Of a stretch of DNA of 64,000 nt, positions 51,564 through 62,929 are shown piece after piece. A program made the position numbers and the translations under genes. The stretch is from Thiotrichaceae bacterium UBA973 (lineage in GTDB: Bacteria > Pseudomonadota > Gammaproteobacteria > Eutrophobiales > Eutrophobiaceae), in the NCBI GenBank assembly GCA_002292815.1, contig DBBX01000027.1:64372-128371 (forward strand), given 5' to 3'. The notes beneath the pieces are model-generated. The model saw only the letters and a program-made list of their open reading frames with translations. It ran no database searches and was not told where the DNA came from. Positions within the stretch are counted from its first letter, which is position 1; every line of letters begins with the position of its first letter.

Positions 51564-52784
51564 ATGGCTGAAGCAAAGAAAGCAGACATGTATGCCTGGG
51601 AAGGCATGGATAAATCGGGTAAGCGTGTAAAAGGGGAAACCAGTGGCCAGAGTGAAGCACTGGTCAAAGCTGGGCTTAGACGTTCAGGCATAAAACCTAT
51701 AAAGGTTAAAAAGAAATCTAAACCTCTACTAGGTGGCGGCGGTAAAGCTAAAATAACACCAAAAGATATCACCGTCTTTAGCCGCCAATTAGCAACCATG
51801 ATGTCTTCTGGCGTGCCACTGGTTCAGGCCTTTGAAATTGTCGGTCGTGGACATGAAAATGCAGGAATGCAGGAATTAATTTTAACTATCAAAAGTGATG
51901 TAGAAGCAGGGAATAATCTGACTGAAGCTTTAAAGAAACATCCTCTTCAGTTTAATGCTCTTTATTGCAATCTAGTTGAGGCTGGTGAGCATGCTGGTAT
52001 TTTAGAAGCTATTCTACATAAGCTCGCCTCTTATATGGAAAAAACTGAGGCTTTAAAATCAAAGATCAAATCGGCATTATTTTACCCAGCTGCAGTTATT
52101 GTTGCTGCTGTTATCGTTGTCTCGATTTTAATGATCTTTGTCATCCCTCAATTTTCTGAACTATTTTCAGACTTTGGAGCTGACTTACCCGCACTGACCC
52201 AATTTTTGGTCGATACCTCCGACTTTTTTGTGTCTTATTGGTACATTATTTTTGCAGTTATGGGTGGTACCGTCTTTGGCTTAATGGAGATTAAGCAGAG
52301 ATCTATTGCAGTCCAGCATTTTCTGGACCGTGCGATTTTAAAACTTCCTGTCCTCGGTGAAATTATGGAGAAAGCGGCAATTGCACGTTTTGCTAGAACT
52401 CTTGAAACGATGTTTGCAGCAGGTACGCCATTAGTTGAAGCTATGGTGTCAGTAGCCGGGTCATGTGGCAATATCGTTTTTTACGATGCCACAATGAAGA
52501 TGAAAGATGATATTGCGACGGGAACACAACTTCAATCATCGATGAGAGACACCGGGTTATTCCCAAATATGGTTGTCCAGATGGTAGCCATCGGAGAGGA
52601 ATCAGGTGCAATCGATACCATGCTTGGCAAGGTTGCTGATTGGTATGAACAAGAGGTTGATGATGCTGTTGAAGCCTTAACGAGTCTACTTGAACCCGCA
52701 ATTATGGGATTTCTAGGTGTTGTCATCGGCGGCATCGTCATTGGCATGTATCTCCCGATCTTTAAAATGGGTTCTGTGGTTTAA
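51564..52784 (+). CDS. pilC: type IV pilus platform protein PilC
   Basis: 406 aa GspF/PilC family with duplicated T2SSF domains and 3 TM helices. Confidence 0.88.
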   Translation: MAEAKKADMYAWEGMDKSGKRVKGETSGQSEALVKAGLRRSGIKPIKVKKKSKPLLGGGGKAKITPKDITVFSRQLATMMSSGVPLVQAFEIVGRGHENAGMQELILTIKSDVEAGNNLTEALKKHPLQFNALYCNLVEAGEHAGILEAILHKLASYMEKTEALKSKIKSALFYPAAVIVAAVIVVSILMIFVIPQFSELFSDFGADLPALTQFLVDTSDFFVSYWYIIFAVMGGTVFGLMEIKQRSIAVQHFLDRAILKLPVLGEIMEKAAIARFARTLETMFAAGTPLVEAMVSVAGSCGNIVFYDATMKMKDDIATGTQLQSSMRDTGLFPNMVVQMVAIGEESGAIDTMLGKVADWYEQEVDDAVEALTSLLEPAIMGFLGVVIGGIVIGMYLPIFKMGSVV

Positions 52785-52869
52785 TCACAAACAACTCTAA
52801 AAACACCGAATTCTGTTTCACTAATCCACTAATTACTATTGTTGGATTATCAACTTACTGAGACTATTC

Positions 52870-53748
52870 GTGTCACATATTATTGAACTCTTAACTAATC
52901 ACCCTTATTTCTACCTATCTACTATTTTCGTTTTAGGACTATTGATTGGTAGTTTTCTGAACGTTGTCATACTGAGATTACCAGTAATGATGGAAAGAGA
53001 TTGGAAACAACAATGCTGTGAATTACTTGATCTTGATGACGCTAAATTCAATAAAGATCAAGCAAATATTAATTTAGTGACTCCTCGTTCTCACTGTCCG
53101 AAATGCAAACATCAAATCAGTGCATTCCAGAACATTCCAGTTATTAGCTACCTTTTCTTAAAGGGGAAATGCAATAACTGCAAAAATAAAATTTCTATTC
53201 GATATCCACTAATAGAAATAGTCAGTGGTATATCTGTAGTTATTGTTGCTTACTATTTCGGTGTTTCCACTCAGACATTATTCGCACTATTTTTAACTTG
53301 GTCACTTATTGCTTTAAGCATGATAGATTTTGATACTCAATACTTGCCTGATGACATTACCTTACCGCTGCTTTGGCTTGGTATCATAATAAACCTTTTT
53401 GGCGTATTTACGGATATTGAATCAAGCGTTCTTGGTGCAATATTTGGTTACGGAACACTTTGGTCGGTCTATATCATATTTAAATTGGTCACTGGAAAAG
53501 AAGGTATGGGCCACGGTGATTTCAAATTATTGGCTGTACTAGGTGCATGGTTTGGCTGGCAGTCGCTTCCACTAATAATAATTTTATCTTCTCTAGTTGG
53601 AGCGGTTATTGGTATTTCATTAATAATTTTTAAATCACATGACAGAAATACAGCTATACCATTCGGTCCATACTTGGCTATCGCCGGATGGATTTCAATG
53701 TTATGGGGACCTTACATAATGTCAGCTTATCTGAATACCGTAATTTAA
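52870..53748 (+). CDS. pilD: prepilin peptidase / N-methyltransferase PilD
   Basis: Tetra-Cys zinc motif ('CPKC...CNNC'). Catalytic-Asp-containing TM core. 292 aa. Confidence 0.88.
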   Translation: MSHIIELLTNHPYFYLSTIFVLGLLIGSFLNVVILRLPVMMERDWKQQCCELLDLDDAKFNKDQANINLVTPRSHCPKCKHQISAFQNIPVISYLFLKGKCNNCKNKISIRYPLIEIVSGISVVIVAYYFGVSTQTLFALFLTWSLIALSMIDFDTQYLPDDITLPLLWLGIIINLFGVFTDIESSVLGAIFGYGTLWSVYIIFKLVTGKEGMGHGDFKLLAVLGAWFGWQSLPLIIILSSLVGAVIGISLIIFKSHDRNTAIPFGPYLAIAGWISMLWGPYIMSAYLNTVI

Positions 53749-54357
53749 ATGTCGAAAACCTTACATGTTGCGTTAACTGGCGGTATTGGTAGTGGTAAAT
53801 CGACTGTATCATCGATATTTCAATCACTTGGAGTACCGGTTATCGATTCAGATGTTATATCGAGAACTATAGTAATGCCTGGAAAACCTTGTTTAAAAAA
53901 TATTATTGACGAGTTTGGCAGTACGCTATTAAACGATAAAGGTGAACTTGATCGTCATAAACTTCGTAACATCATATTCAATGATTCAGAAGCCAAAACG
54001 AAATTGGAAGAATTACTACATCCTGTTATCTATCAGGAAATAGAAAGAGCGGCATCTAGTATAGATTACCCGTATTGTCTGATCGCTATTCCTTTACTTA
54101 TCGAGACTCAGGCAACAGAAAAATTTGATCGTATTCTACTGGTTGATCTTCCAGAGGCGGTACAGCTTGCCCGAGCTTCTGACAGAGATAATACATCGAT
54201 AGATTTGATATCGGAAATTATTAAAAATCAGGCAAGTAGAGAACAACGACTAAAATATGCAGATGATATTATTGACAATAGCGTCAAAATTGAAGAACTT
54301 ACAAACGCCGTACAAAAGCTACATAATAAGTACCTGAAATTAGCTGAAGCAAATTGA
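53749..54357 (+). CDS. coaE: dephospho-CoA kinase
   Basis: P-loop 'LTGGIGSGKSTV'. Directly abuts the pilD stop. Confidence 0.85.
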   Translation: MSKTLHVALTGGIGSGKSTVSSIFQSLGVPVIDSDVISRTIVMPGKPCLKNIIDEFGSTLLNDKGELDRHKLRNIIFNDSEAKTKLEELLHPVIYQEIERAASSIDYPYCLIAIPLLIETQATEKFDRILLVDLPEAVQLARASDRDNTSIDLISEIIKNQASREQRLKYADDIIDNSVKIEELTNAVQKLHNKYLKLAEAN

Positions 54358-54406
54358 GCTATATGATTAACACTAATATTGAGAATGAAGATTTGTATAC
54401 CTAGTT

Positions 54407-55177
54407 ATGCAAAATACAATAATATACGAACAACCACTAAACGAAAGAATGAGAAATTTCTTACGTTTAGAACATCTTTTTAATCACATAGAGTTTCGTT
54501 CGCAGGACACCCTTGAATGGGATTGCAGAAGCACTCTTGAATCACTTCTTGAAATAAACGATTTATTAAGTCGATCTGACCTAAAAGGTGAACTCATTAA
54601 AGAATTGGAACGACATTCTTTGATGCTCACATCATTAAAAGATAACCCAGCTGTAGATGAGAATAGATTAAATAGCATCAATAACGATATATGCGATTTA
54701 TTAATAAAACTACGTGATAATGGTTACCAACCTGGAACTCAATTAAAAAATGATGAGTTAGTCACTAGCATCAAACAACGTATCAGCATTCCAGGAGGGA
54801 CTTGTAGTTTTGATCTTCCACGATTTCATTACTGGTTAAATCAGCCCGGTATTACTCGTAAGCAAGATTTCATTAAATGGTCAACTGATCTGGAACCCAT
54901 TAAAAAGTCGATCTACATAGCATTAGACATGGTCAGGAACAGTGCGCATCCTACTAAGGAAAAAGCTGAGACTGGATTTTATCAAAAACCCATAGAATCA
55001 ACTTTATCCTGTCAATTAATTAGAGTATTTTTACCATCGGTTAGTCGTTATTATCCTGAAATTAGTGGCGGGAAACACCGATTTACAATACGTTTTATGG
55101 AAGAATCAACAACAGATAGCAGGCCGACTCAGGCTGAAAATGATGTCGATTTTAAACTACAGTGCTGCAGCTTATGA
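54407..55177 (+). CDS. zapD: cell division protein ZapD (YacF)
   Basis: 256 aa DUF1342-type sequence in the conserved coaE-zapD-yacG position. Confidence 0.7.
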   Translation: MQNTIIYEQPLNERMRNFLRLEHLFNHIEFRSQDTLEWDCRSTLESLLEINDLLSRSDLKGELIKELERHSLMLTSLKDNPAVDENRLNSINNDICDLLIKLRDNGYQPGTQLKNDELVTSIKQRISIPGGTCSFDLPRFHYWLNQPGITRKQDFIKWSTDLEPIKKSIYIALDMVRNSAHPTKEKAETGFYQKPIESTLSCQLIRVFLPSVSRYYPEISGGKHRFTIRFMEESTTDSRPTQAENDVDFKLQCCSL

Positions 55178-55359
55178 ATAAGTCAATTTCTTGTCCTATG
55201 TGTAACAAAGCGACTAAACTAGATATTTCAAATCTAAACCGTCCTTTTTGTTCTGAACGATGTCGATTAATAGATTTGGGTAAATGGGCCAATGAAAAAT
55301 ATGGTATTACTGATGGTTCCCCGGTTGATGATGTACAAATCTACCCTGAAACACACTAA
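55162..55359 (+). CDS. yacG: DNA gyrase inhibitor YacG (zinc-ribbon)
   Basis: 65 aa, 'CPMCNK...CSERCRLIDLGKW' zinc ribbon. Overlaps zapD by 16 nt. Confidence 0.75.
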   Translation: MLQLMNKSISCPMCNKATKLDISNLNRPFCSERCRLIDLGKWANEKYGITDGSPVDDVQIYPETH

Positions 55360-56339
55360 CTTTTATTAAATTTTATTTTTTTACCTGGTGTATCTGTATT
55401 CCATACTGCTCCCAGCATAGCAATGCCATAGGCACCATAAGAGTTTGCGGTTTTTAGATCGGTCGGCATTATTCCACCTAGTGCATATATTGGAAAGTTG
55501 ACCGTATTGATAAGACTACTAAATCTTTTCCAGCCAATCGCATTGGCTTCAGGGTGACTAGCTGTTGCCAGAACAGGTGATAAGAAAGCATAGTTAACAT
55601 TTATCTTAGCTGCTCTAATCAATTCCTCTTCAGTATGACATGAGGCACCTAATAGATATTCTTCACTTATAGGTCTACTCTCGTGTCTTTTTAACTCACT
55701 AGAATTGAGATGAATGCCATCAATTGGATATTTGTCTATATCTGAAGCTGTACTATTTAGTATTAGTTTTGAATTATATCTTTTTGCTATTTCACTTTGT
55801 TTTTTTATAACTTCTTGAAAAATATTATTCTTTTCTATTTTTAATCTTAATTGAAATATTCCTAAGCCTGCTGCAAAACACTCCTCACTAACTGAGTATA
55901 AGTGCGAATAATCTTTATATGATTCTTGACTAATTACATACATAGGACTCAACAAAATTGATTGAATAATATGTTTATTTGCGTCGGGAAATTCATAATT
56001 ATTGAGTTCACTTATTCTTACCCAGCATATTTCCTGTTTTTCTCTACTTTCGGGATTCCCATACCATTCAGATACTTTCCAAACATCTAGTAATACTTTT
56101 TTATCCGAATAATCATGACTAATCGATGTAAATGCCTCTGCCTTGGTTACTGTTATTCCTAACTCTTCAAACAACTCACGCTTTAATGCAGAACTAGCAT
56201 CTTCGTTATATTCAACTTTACCACCCGGGAACTCCCAACATCCTGCTAGATGCTGACCGCCTGAACGTTTTGAAATTAAAACTTTATCTTTTGTTGCGTT
56301 ATAAATAACACCAACGGCAACATGTATTCTTTGACTCAT
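55356..56339 (-). CDS. mutT: NUDIX 8-oxo-dGTP diphosphatase (MutT) fused to a thiamine-phosphate-synthase-like (TMP-TENI) domain
   Basis: Nudix box 'GGKVEYNEDASSALKRELFEELGI' at the N-terminus. C-terminal ~200 aa TIM-barrel ThiE-like region ('IDGIHLNSSEL...YAFLSPV'). Confidence 0.7.
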   Translation of the reverse strand: MSQRIHVAVGVIYNATKDKVLISKRSGGQHLAGCWEFPGGKVEYNEDASSALKRELFEELGITVTKAEAFTSISHDYSDKKVLLDVWKVSEWYGNPESREKQEICWVRISELNNYEFPDANKHIIQSILLSPMYVISQESYKDYSHLYSVSEECFAAGLGIFQLRLKIEKNNIFQEVIKKQSEIAKRYNSKLILNSTASDIDKYPIDGIHLNSSELKRHESRPISEEYLLGASCHTEEELIRAAKINVNYAFLSPVLATASHPEANAIGWKRFSSLINTVNFPIYALGGIMPTDLKTANSYGAYGIAMLGAVWNTDTPGKKIKFNKS

Positions 56340-56385
56340 TAATTTACAAATTTTTATTGCAGCTAAAGGAATAAATACTTAGCTT

Positions 56386-57615
56386 CTAGGTTCTATATTC
56401 TGCATTAATTTTAATATACTCATGTGACAGATCAGTTGTCCATATTACTTCCTGATGTTCACCCCTTTTAAGATTCACTGTTAATTTTATTTCATCTTGA
56501 AGCATGACCATGCTTCCTTTTTCTTCTGTATAACTTGCTGCTCGTTGACCATTTTCAACAATACATATGTTGTCCAAGAAAACTTCAATGTTATTTATAT
56601 CTAGATCATTAATTCCTGAATTTCCTATTGCCGATAAGATTCGGCCCCAATTTGCATCTGATGCGGTAAATGCTGTTTTTACTAATGGTGATTCAGCAAT
56701 CTTATAGGCGACATCAATACATTCAGATTGCTGCTTGCCTCCGGTAACCTTTATCGTTAGAAATTTACTTGCTCCTTCCCCATCTCTAATGACTGCTTGA
56801 GACAATTCACAGAAAACACTTGTTAAAGCGTTTTCTAATATCGCATATTCCTCACTACTTTGATCATCAATACATTTATGCCTTGCTTTGCCTGTGGCAA
56901 TTAAAACACAAGAGTCATTTGTAGACGTATCACCATCAACAGTAATCCGATTAAAACTTTTATTAACTGCATGCAATAATATTTTTTCAAGCATATCTTT
57001 TCTTATGTTTGCATCAGTAGCAATAAACGCCAGCATAGTCGCCATATTGGGACGTATCATGCCGGAACCTTTTACAACCCCGGTTATACTTATAGCAGAT
57101 TCACCTAGTGATATAGTTTTAGATACCGCTTTAGGAATCGTATCCGTGGTCATAATGGCTTTAGCTGCATCAAGCCAACTATTAGCAGACAAATTTTCAA
57201 CTAATTCAGGTAGCACAGTATTTATTTTATCTACTGGTAATACTTCCCCGATCACGCCTGTAGAAAAAGGCAAAACTTCACCTTCTTTACATCCCGTAGC
57301 ATTGGCTAAAGCCTTACAAGTAATGCTTGAATCTAATAAACCTTGTTCACCAGTTCCAGCATTTGCATTGCCCGCGTTTATCAAACAATAACGTGGCTTA
57401 TACTCAGTTAAATGCTGTTTTGCTATTTGTACGGGTGCAGCACAAAATAGATTCTTGGTGAATACTGCAGCAACATTACTACCTTCAGCAAATTCTATTA
57501 AAGTTAGATCTGTTCTCTTTTTTTTATATAGATTTGCGCAACAGGTAGATAGCCGGATTCCATTTATAGGCAATATAGATGTGGGGAGTTTTAAACCAAC
57601 AGACATGACTTTCAA
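56386..57615 (-). CDS. argJ: bifunctional ornithine acetyltransferase / N-acetylglutamate synthase ArgJ
   Basis: 'PNMATMLAFIATDA' self-cleavage ATML motif. 409 aa. Confidence 0.88.
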   Translation of the reverse strand: MKVMSVGLKLPTSILPINGIRLSTCCANLYKKKRTDLTLIEFAEGSNVAAVFTKNLFCAAPVQIAKQHLTEYKPRYCLINAGNANAGTGEQGLLDSSITCKALANATGCKEGEVLPFSTGVIGEVLPVDKINTVLPELVENLSANSWLDAAKAIMTTDTIPKAVSKTISLGESAISITGVVKGSGMIRPNMATMLAFIATDANIRKDMLEKILLHAVNKSFNRITVDGDTSTNDSCVLIATGKARHKCIDDQSSEEYAILENALTSVFCELSQAVIRDGEGASKFLTIKVTGGKQQSECIDVAYKIAESPLVKTAFTASDANWGRILSAIGNSGINDLDINNIEVFLDNICIVENGQRAASYTEEKGSMVMLQDEIKLTVNLKRGEHQEVIWTTDLSHEYIKINAEYRT

Positions 57616-57655
57616 CCTATAGATAAGGAGTGAAAATTAATAGAATCCTGATCTA

Positions 57656-60355
57656 TTAAGATAGTTTTCCATGGCATTGCTTATACTTTTTACCTGAACC
57701 ACAAGGACAAGGTTCATTTCGTCCAACTTTAGGTGTATTTCTAACAAAAGGTTTTTCTGTACGTACTTCATTTACCGGTGATTCATCAGTCAAGCTATTA
57801 GGTGCAGTGGGATGATTAAAATTCATATCTTGTTTTTTCTCTTTCTGCTCTGCTGCTTCTATATCTTCTTCGGCTCTAATATTAACTTTATACAAAAAGA
57901 CGACGACATCATGTTTAATATTTTCAAGCATTTGTAAAAACAAATCAAAAGCTTCACGCTTATATTCTTGTTTTGGATTTTTAGCGGCAAAACTTCTAAG
58001 GTGTATACCTTGTCTTAGATGATCCATATTTACGAGATGCTCTTTCCAATGTCTGTCTAACACGTCGAGCATGATTTGTTTTTCTATTCGCCTCATTAAA
58101 TCAGGCGTAATGACTTTCTCTTTTTCTTCAACGACCTTTTCTAAGGTTTCATGAAGTTTTTTACGTAATGTTTCTTCATATAGGGATTTATCTTGTTCTA
58201 GCCATTTTTGAATATCTACAGACACATCAAACTCATGCTGAAGAGCTCCCTCCAATCCATGAACATCCCACATTTCATCCATACTTCCATGGGGAATATA
58301 TTCTTCGATCACATTTTCAATGACTTCATATCGCATGTCATTTACTTCTTCAGAGACCGTTTCACCTTCAAGCAGATCATTTCGTTGTTGATAAATAACT
58401 TTTCTTTGATCATTGGCAACGTCATCAAAATCCAGTAAGTTTTTGCGTATATCGAAATTGTGAGCTTCTACTTTACGTTGCGCGTTTTCTATTGCGCGTG
58501 ACACCAGCTTTGATTCAATTGCTTCGCCATCTTCCATGCCTAGCTTTTGCATAATTGCAGAAACTCGTTCTGAGGCGAATATTCTCATCAGGTTATCTTC
58601 TAACGATAAATAAAAGCGACTTGAACCGGGATCACCTTGTCGTCCAGAACGTCCGCGAAGCTGATTATCAATACGTCTTGACTCATGCCGTTCTGTACCA
58701 ATTATATGCAGGCCTCCGCTCTCAAGAACTTTTTGGTGCCTACTATCCCACTTCTCTTTAAGATCATTTATTTCCTTTTGACCTGCATCACCCAATTCTT
58801 TAATTTCAACTTCATGGTTTCCACCAAGCACGATATCGGTACCCCGCCCCGCCATATTTGTAGCGATGGTAACAATACCCGGACTACCCGCTTGGGCAAT
58901 AATTTCTGCTTCTTTTTGATGAAACTTTGCATTTAAAACCTGATGTTTAATATTTTCTTTATCTAATAATTTAGATAAATATTCAGAAACTTCTATAGAT
59001 GCTGTACCAACAAGAACAGGTTGACCATTAGCTTGGCATATTTTTACATCTTCAATTATAGAATCATATTTTTCTTTAGCTGTAAGAAAAATAACATCAC
59101 TTTGGTCATCTCTAACCATTGGCATATGTGTTGGTATAATAATAACCTCAAGCCCGTATATCGTCTGAAATTCATAAGCCTCAGTATCTGCAGTACCTGT
59201 CATACCGGACAATTTTGAATATAAACGAAAATAATTTTGATACGTAATAGATGCTAGTGTCTGATTTTCATTTTGAATCGTCACACCTTCTTTTGCTTCT
59301 ATTGCTTGATGCAAACCTTCAGACCAACGTCGACCTTGCATGGTGCGTCCAGTAAATTCATCGACGATTACAACCTCATCATCTTTAACTATGTAATCAA
59401 TATCATTTTGAAACAAATGATGTGCTCTCAGTGCAGCATTCAGATGGTGTAGAATGCCGATATTAACGGGATCATATAAGCCTTGTCCCTCAGCAATAAT
59501 CCCTTCCTCTCTTAACAAGAGTTCAAAGTGATCATGTCCATCTTCAGTAAGATATGCCTGTTTTGATTTTTCATCTAAGGTGAAGTCACCGGGACCATCT
59601 TCATTTTTTTGAGCAACTAATTTGGGTATTAATTTATTTATAGTGAGGTATAAATCTGATTTGTCATCAACCATCCCGGATATAATTAACGGTGTTCTGG
59701 CTTCATCGATCAGGATTGAATCGACCTCATCTACGATAGCAAAATTTAAATCCCTTTGAACTCGGCCTTCTTTACTAAATGCCATATTATCGCGTAGATA
59801 ATCAAAGCCAAATTCATTATTTGTTCCATAGGTAATATCGCAAGCATATGCAGCTTTTCTATCTTCCATTGATAGGCCAGACACGATGACACCTGTGCTT
59901 AAACCAAGAAAGCCATAGATCTGTCCCATCCACTCAGCATCGCGTTTTGCTAAATAATCATTAACTGTAATGACATGCACGCCTATACCAGACAGGGCAT
60001 TTAGACTAGCGGCTAATGTAGCTACAAGTGTTTTACCTTCACCTGTTCGCATTTCTGCAATATTGCCATTATGCAACACCATGCCACCAATCATTTGCAC
60101 ATCAAAATGTCGCATATCCAGTACACGGCGACCGGCTTCTCTTACTAAAGCAAATGCCTCAGGCAAGATATCATCTAGGCTTTCACCTTGCTTGACCCTT
60201 TCTTTTAACTGATTGGTCTTATCTGGAAAATCCGTATCACTCAATAACTTCAACTCATCTTCAAGCACATTGATTTGCTTAATCTTCTTACTGAGTTTTT
60301 TGATTACCCGATCATTTCGCGTACCAAATATTTTTTTTGCAGCATCTATAATCAT
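57656..60355 (-). CDS. secA: preprotein translocase ATPase SecA
   Basis: 899 aa. '[13 protein letters not shown]' Walker A. C-terminal zinc-binding '[14 protein letters not shown]'. Confidence 0.95.
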   Translation of the reverse strand: MIIDAAKKIFGTRNDRVIKKLSKKIKQINVLEDELKLLSDTDFPDKTNQLKERVKQGESLDDILPEAFALVREAGRRVLDMRHFDVQMIGGMVLHNGNIAEMRTGEGKTLVATLAASLNALSGIGVHVITVNDYLAKRDAEWMGQIYGFLGLSTGVIVSGLSMEDRKAAYACDITYGTNNEFGFDYLRDNMAFSKEGRVQRDLNFAIVDEVDSILIDEARTPLIISGMVDDKSDLYLTINKLIPKLVAQKNEDGPGDFTLDEKSKQAYLTEDGHDHFELLLREEGIIAEGQGLYDPVNIGILHHLNAALRAHHLFQNDIDYIVKDDEVVIVDEFTGRTMQGRRWSEGLHQAIEAKEGVTIQNENQTLASITYQNYFRLYSKLSGMTGTADTEAYEFQTIYGLEVIIIPTHMPMVRDDQSDVIFLTAKEKYDSIIEDVKICQANGQPVLVGTASIEVSEYLSKLLDKENIKHQVLNAKFHQKEAEIIAQAGSPGIVTIATNMAGRGTDIVLGGNHEVEIKELGDAGQKEINDLKEKWDSRHQKVLESGGLHIIGTERHESRRIDNQLRGRSGRQGDPGSSRFYLSLEDNLMRIFASERVSAIMQKLGMEDGEAIESKLVSRAIENAQRKVEAHNFDIRKNLLDFDDVANDQRKVIYQQRNDLLEGETVSEEVNDMRYEVIENVIEEYIPHGSMDEMWDVHGLEGALQHEFDVSVDIQKWLEQDKSLYEETLRKKLHETLEKVVEEKEKVITPDLMRRIEKQIMLDVLDRHWKEHLVNMDHLRQGIHLRSFAAKNPKQEYKREAFDLFLQMLENIKHDVVVFLYKVNIRAEEDIEAAEQKEKKQDMNFNHPTAPNSLTDESPVNEVRTEKPFVRNTPKVGRNEPCPCGSGKKYKQCHGKLS

Positions 60356-60453
60356 AGTATTTAGTCTTAATTTAATATCGCGTGATGTTTCACGGACTCT
60401 AGAAAAGATTGTTTATAATCGGATGGCAACGGTAACTTAGCGGGAGACTTAGT

Positions 60454-61380
60454 TCAGTGAAATATTCTTTTGGGATTGACTGCTTTACCATTATTGACTA
60501 CTTCAAAATGAACATGTGTACCCGTTGATCTACCCGAAGAACCCATGAGAGCAATTATCTGACCTTTATCAACTTTTTCACCAACAACAACAATATTTTT
60601 CTTATTGTGAGCATAGCGTGTTTGATAACCATTACCATGATTGATCTCAACTATATTGCCATAACCATGACGAACGCCTGACCAAGTCACAATTCCAGAA
60701 GCAACCGCAAGTATTGGTGAACCAGACTTACCTGCATAATCTATCCCGTCATGATACTCAACCCTGCCGGTCATTGGATCAGTTCGCTTGCCAAACAATG
60801 ATGAAACCCAGCCATCTAGCGTAGGACTACCTGTTGGAATTGTTTGACTTTGCAATGTACTATCAATCAACATTGATTCCATTGCTGACAATTTTTCAGA
60901 ACGATCTTGAATTTTGGAACTTAAACCTTGTAAGGCACTGAGAAAGTCCGTTACTTCCATCGAACTGCGATTTTGCTCAGGTTGAGGACCGCCTAAGCCA
61001 GGTGTAGATGAGATATCAAAATCAATCTCATGCAGATCAGCCATGCTAGCCAAACGTGAACCAAGGGCGTCCAGACGCATAACGTGTGATTGTAATTTAC
61101 TTAATCGTGTTGCTAGTGCATCAAGATTCTTTGTTGCATTATCTTGAACATCTTCAAGCATTTTTTGTTGAATTTCTAACTCTTGATTCCAGATAGGCGT
61201 TGTTTGTGTATACAAGTTCTTAATTGAACCGCGGGTCAAATTCAATGCATATTGACTACCCGCGTGAAAAACCAATAAACCACAGACTAGACTTAATACT
61301 ACACACACACATATAGATACTGGCCCTAGAGTAAGGGACAGACTCTTTTTTCTCGTTTTCGATATTAAAAATAATTGCAT
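60454..61380 (-). CDS. M23-family metallopeptidase (murein DD-endopeptidase-like) with N-terminal TM and coiled coil
   Basis: C-terminal 'HDGIDYAGKSGSPILAVASGIV...HGNGYQTRYAH...GSSGRSTGTHVHFEV' contains the HxxxD/HxH zinc motifs. Confidence 0.8.
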   Translation of the reverse strand: MQLFLISKTRKKSLSLTLGPVSICVCVVLSLVCGLLVFHAGSQYALNLTRGSIKNLYTQTTPIWNQELEIQQKMLEDVQDNATKNLDALATRLSKLQSHVMRLDALGSRLASMADLHEIDFDISSTPGLGGPQPEQNRSSMEVTDFLSALQGLSSKIQDRSEKLSAMESMLIDSTLQSQTIPTGSPTLDGWVSSLFGKRTDPMTGRVEYHDGIDYAGKSGSPILAVASGIVTWSGVRHGYGNIVEINHGNGYQTRYAHNKKNIVVVGEKVDKGQIIALMGSSGRSTGTHVHFEVVNNGKAVNPKRIFH

Positions 61381-61419
61381 ATAATTGTGACAAATTTAAA
61401 TCTATAATTGTAAATACTA

Positions 61420-61878
61420 ATGAACACTGACAATAAAAATAAAACTCTGTCTATCAGTAGTTTATTAAATGACGATCATTGTTCATTTGCTACTTTGTTT
61501 AAAAAAGCAAATTCTATCCGGGAAATTGATCGAAATTTAAAAAAACTACTCGATCCATCCTTAAAAGATAAATTTGAATTAGCTAATATAAACGAAGGTG
61601 TTGCGGTTTTTCTGGTTAGCTCTTCAGCCTGGGCAACCCGCCTTCGTTATAATATTCCAATCATCCTTGATGCTTTTAATAACCAACTAAACTTTACTTC
61701 TATTAAAACTGTCAGAATTAAGATTAAAAAATCTTTGCCCGAAAATTCTGTTGTAACTAAAAAACCAATTTATTTGTCGAATAATTCAGCGCAATTTCTT
61801 AATGATATTGCTAATAACTTCAACGATCCTGAAATACGCAAATGTATTTTAAATATTTCTAAAAACCGTCTTAAATAA
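61420..61878 (+). CDS. DUF721 (DciA-like) protein
   Basis: 'GVAVFLVSSSAWATRLRYNIPIILDAFNNQL' matches the DUF721 core. Lies in the conserved position between the M23 peptidase and lpxC. Confidence 0.6.
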   Translation: MNTDNKNKTLSISSLLNDDHCSFATLFKKANSIREIDRNLKKLLDPSLKDKFELANINEGVAVFLVSSSAWATRLRYNIPIILDAFNNQLNFTSIKTVRIKIKKSLPENSVVTKKPIYLSNNSAQFLNDIANNFNDPEIRKCILNISKNRLK

Positions 61879-61880
61879 GA

Positions 61881-62792
61881 TTAATTTGCAGGCATTGCCT
61901 GCATAAATGAAATCGGTGCCTTATGTTCATCTTCAAAGGTTACCAGTTCCCATGAGTCTTCATTCGCCATTAATTCACGTAATAGTGCATTATTTAGAGC
62001 ATGTCCGGATTTATATCCCTCAAAAGATCCGATCAAGCTATGTCCTAGTAAATACAAATCACCAATAGCATCAAGTATTTTGTGTTTTACACATTCGTCT
62101 TCATACCTCAAGCCATCCTCATTAAGGATTCTATAATCATCAACAACAACGGCGTTATCAAGACTGCCACCTAATGCCAGATTATTCTCGCGTAACAATT
62201 CAACATCGCGCATAAAACCAAAGGTACGAGCACGACTAACTTCCTTAACAAAAGAAGTTGTAGAAAAATCAATTTCTGCATGACAATTTTTATCATTGAA
62301 AACTGGATGATCGAACTCTATTGTAAAGCCTACTTTAAATCCATCAAATGGCTCGAACATAGCCCATTTTCCTTCATGCTCAACACGCACCTTTTGTTTT
62401 ATTTTCAAGAATTTTTTTGCCGTATTTTGTTCTTCGATTCCAGCAGACTGAATTAAAAACACAAATGGACCGGCACTGCCATCCATTATAGGAACTTCAC
62501 CAGCACTAAGATCGATATAAGCATTATCAATGCCAAAACCTGCCAAGGCAGACAGCAAATGTTCAACGGTTGAGATGCGCACATTATCTTTAACTAATGT
62601 GGTTGAAAGACTGGTATCACCCACAAACTCAGGGCTAGCGGGAATTTCTATAGCTGGGTCCAGATCGACACGACGGAAATTAATACCTGCGTTTACAGCT
62701 GCGGGCCTCAAGGTTAAAAATACCTTTTTACCCGTGTGTAGACCTACTCCGGTAGCTCGAATTACGTTTTTTAATGTCCGTTGCCTTATCAT
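61881..62792 (-). CDS. lpxC: UDP-3-O-acyl-N-acetylglucosamine deacetylase
   Basis: '[24 protein letters not shown]'. Zinc ligands HKxxD. 303 aa. Confidence 0.92.
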   Translation of the reverse strand: MIRQRTLKNVIRATGVGLHTGKKVFLTLRPAAVNAGINFRRVDLDPAIEIPASPEFVGDTSLSTTLVKDNVRISTVEHLLSALAGFGIDNAYIDLSAGEVPIMDGSAGPFVFLIQSAGIEEQNTAKKFLKIKQKVRVEHEGKWAMFEPFDGFKVGFTIEFDHPVFNDKNCHAEIDFSTTSFVKEVSRARTFGFMRDVELLRENNLALGGSLDNAVVVDDYRILNEDGLRYEDECVKHKILDAIGDLYLLGHSLIGSFEGYKSGHALNNALLRELMANEDSWELVTFEDEHKAPISFMQAMPAN

Positions 62793-62929
62793 CTTAGCTA
62801 TTGCAAACTTACTCTCTATAGGAGCTATTATTCTTAAGTACTTGTTTTATAGGCAATTATGGCGCCAACAGTATGTGCTAACCCGGAATTCCCCAATCCC
62901 GGGGTCATTATACCACGTACAAACTAAAT

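Noticed and set aside
62880-62915. GC-rich hairpin (ACCCGG...CCGGGT) between lpxC and ftsZ
   Set aside because: No U-tract on either strand and a long 12-nt loop. More likely part of the known lpxC promoter region downstream of ftsZ than a terminator.
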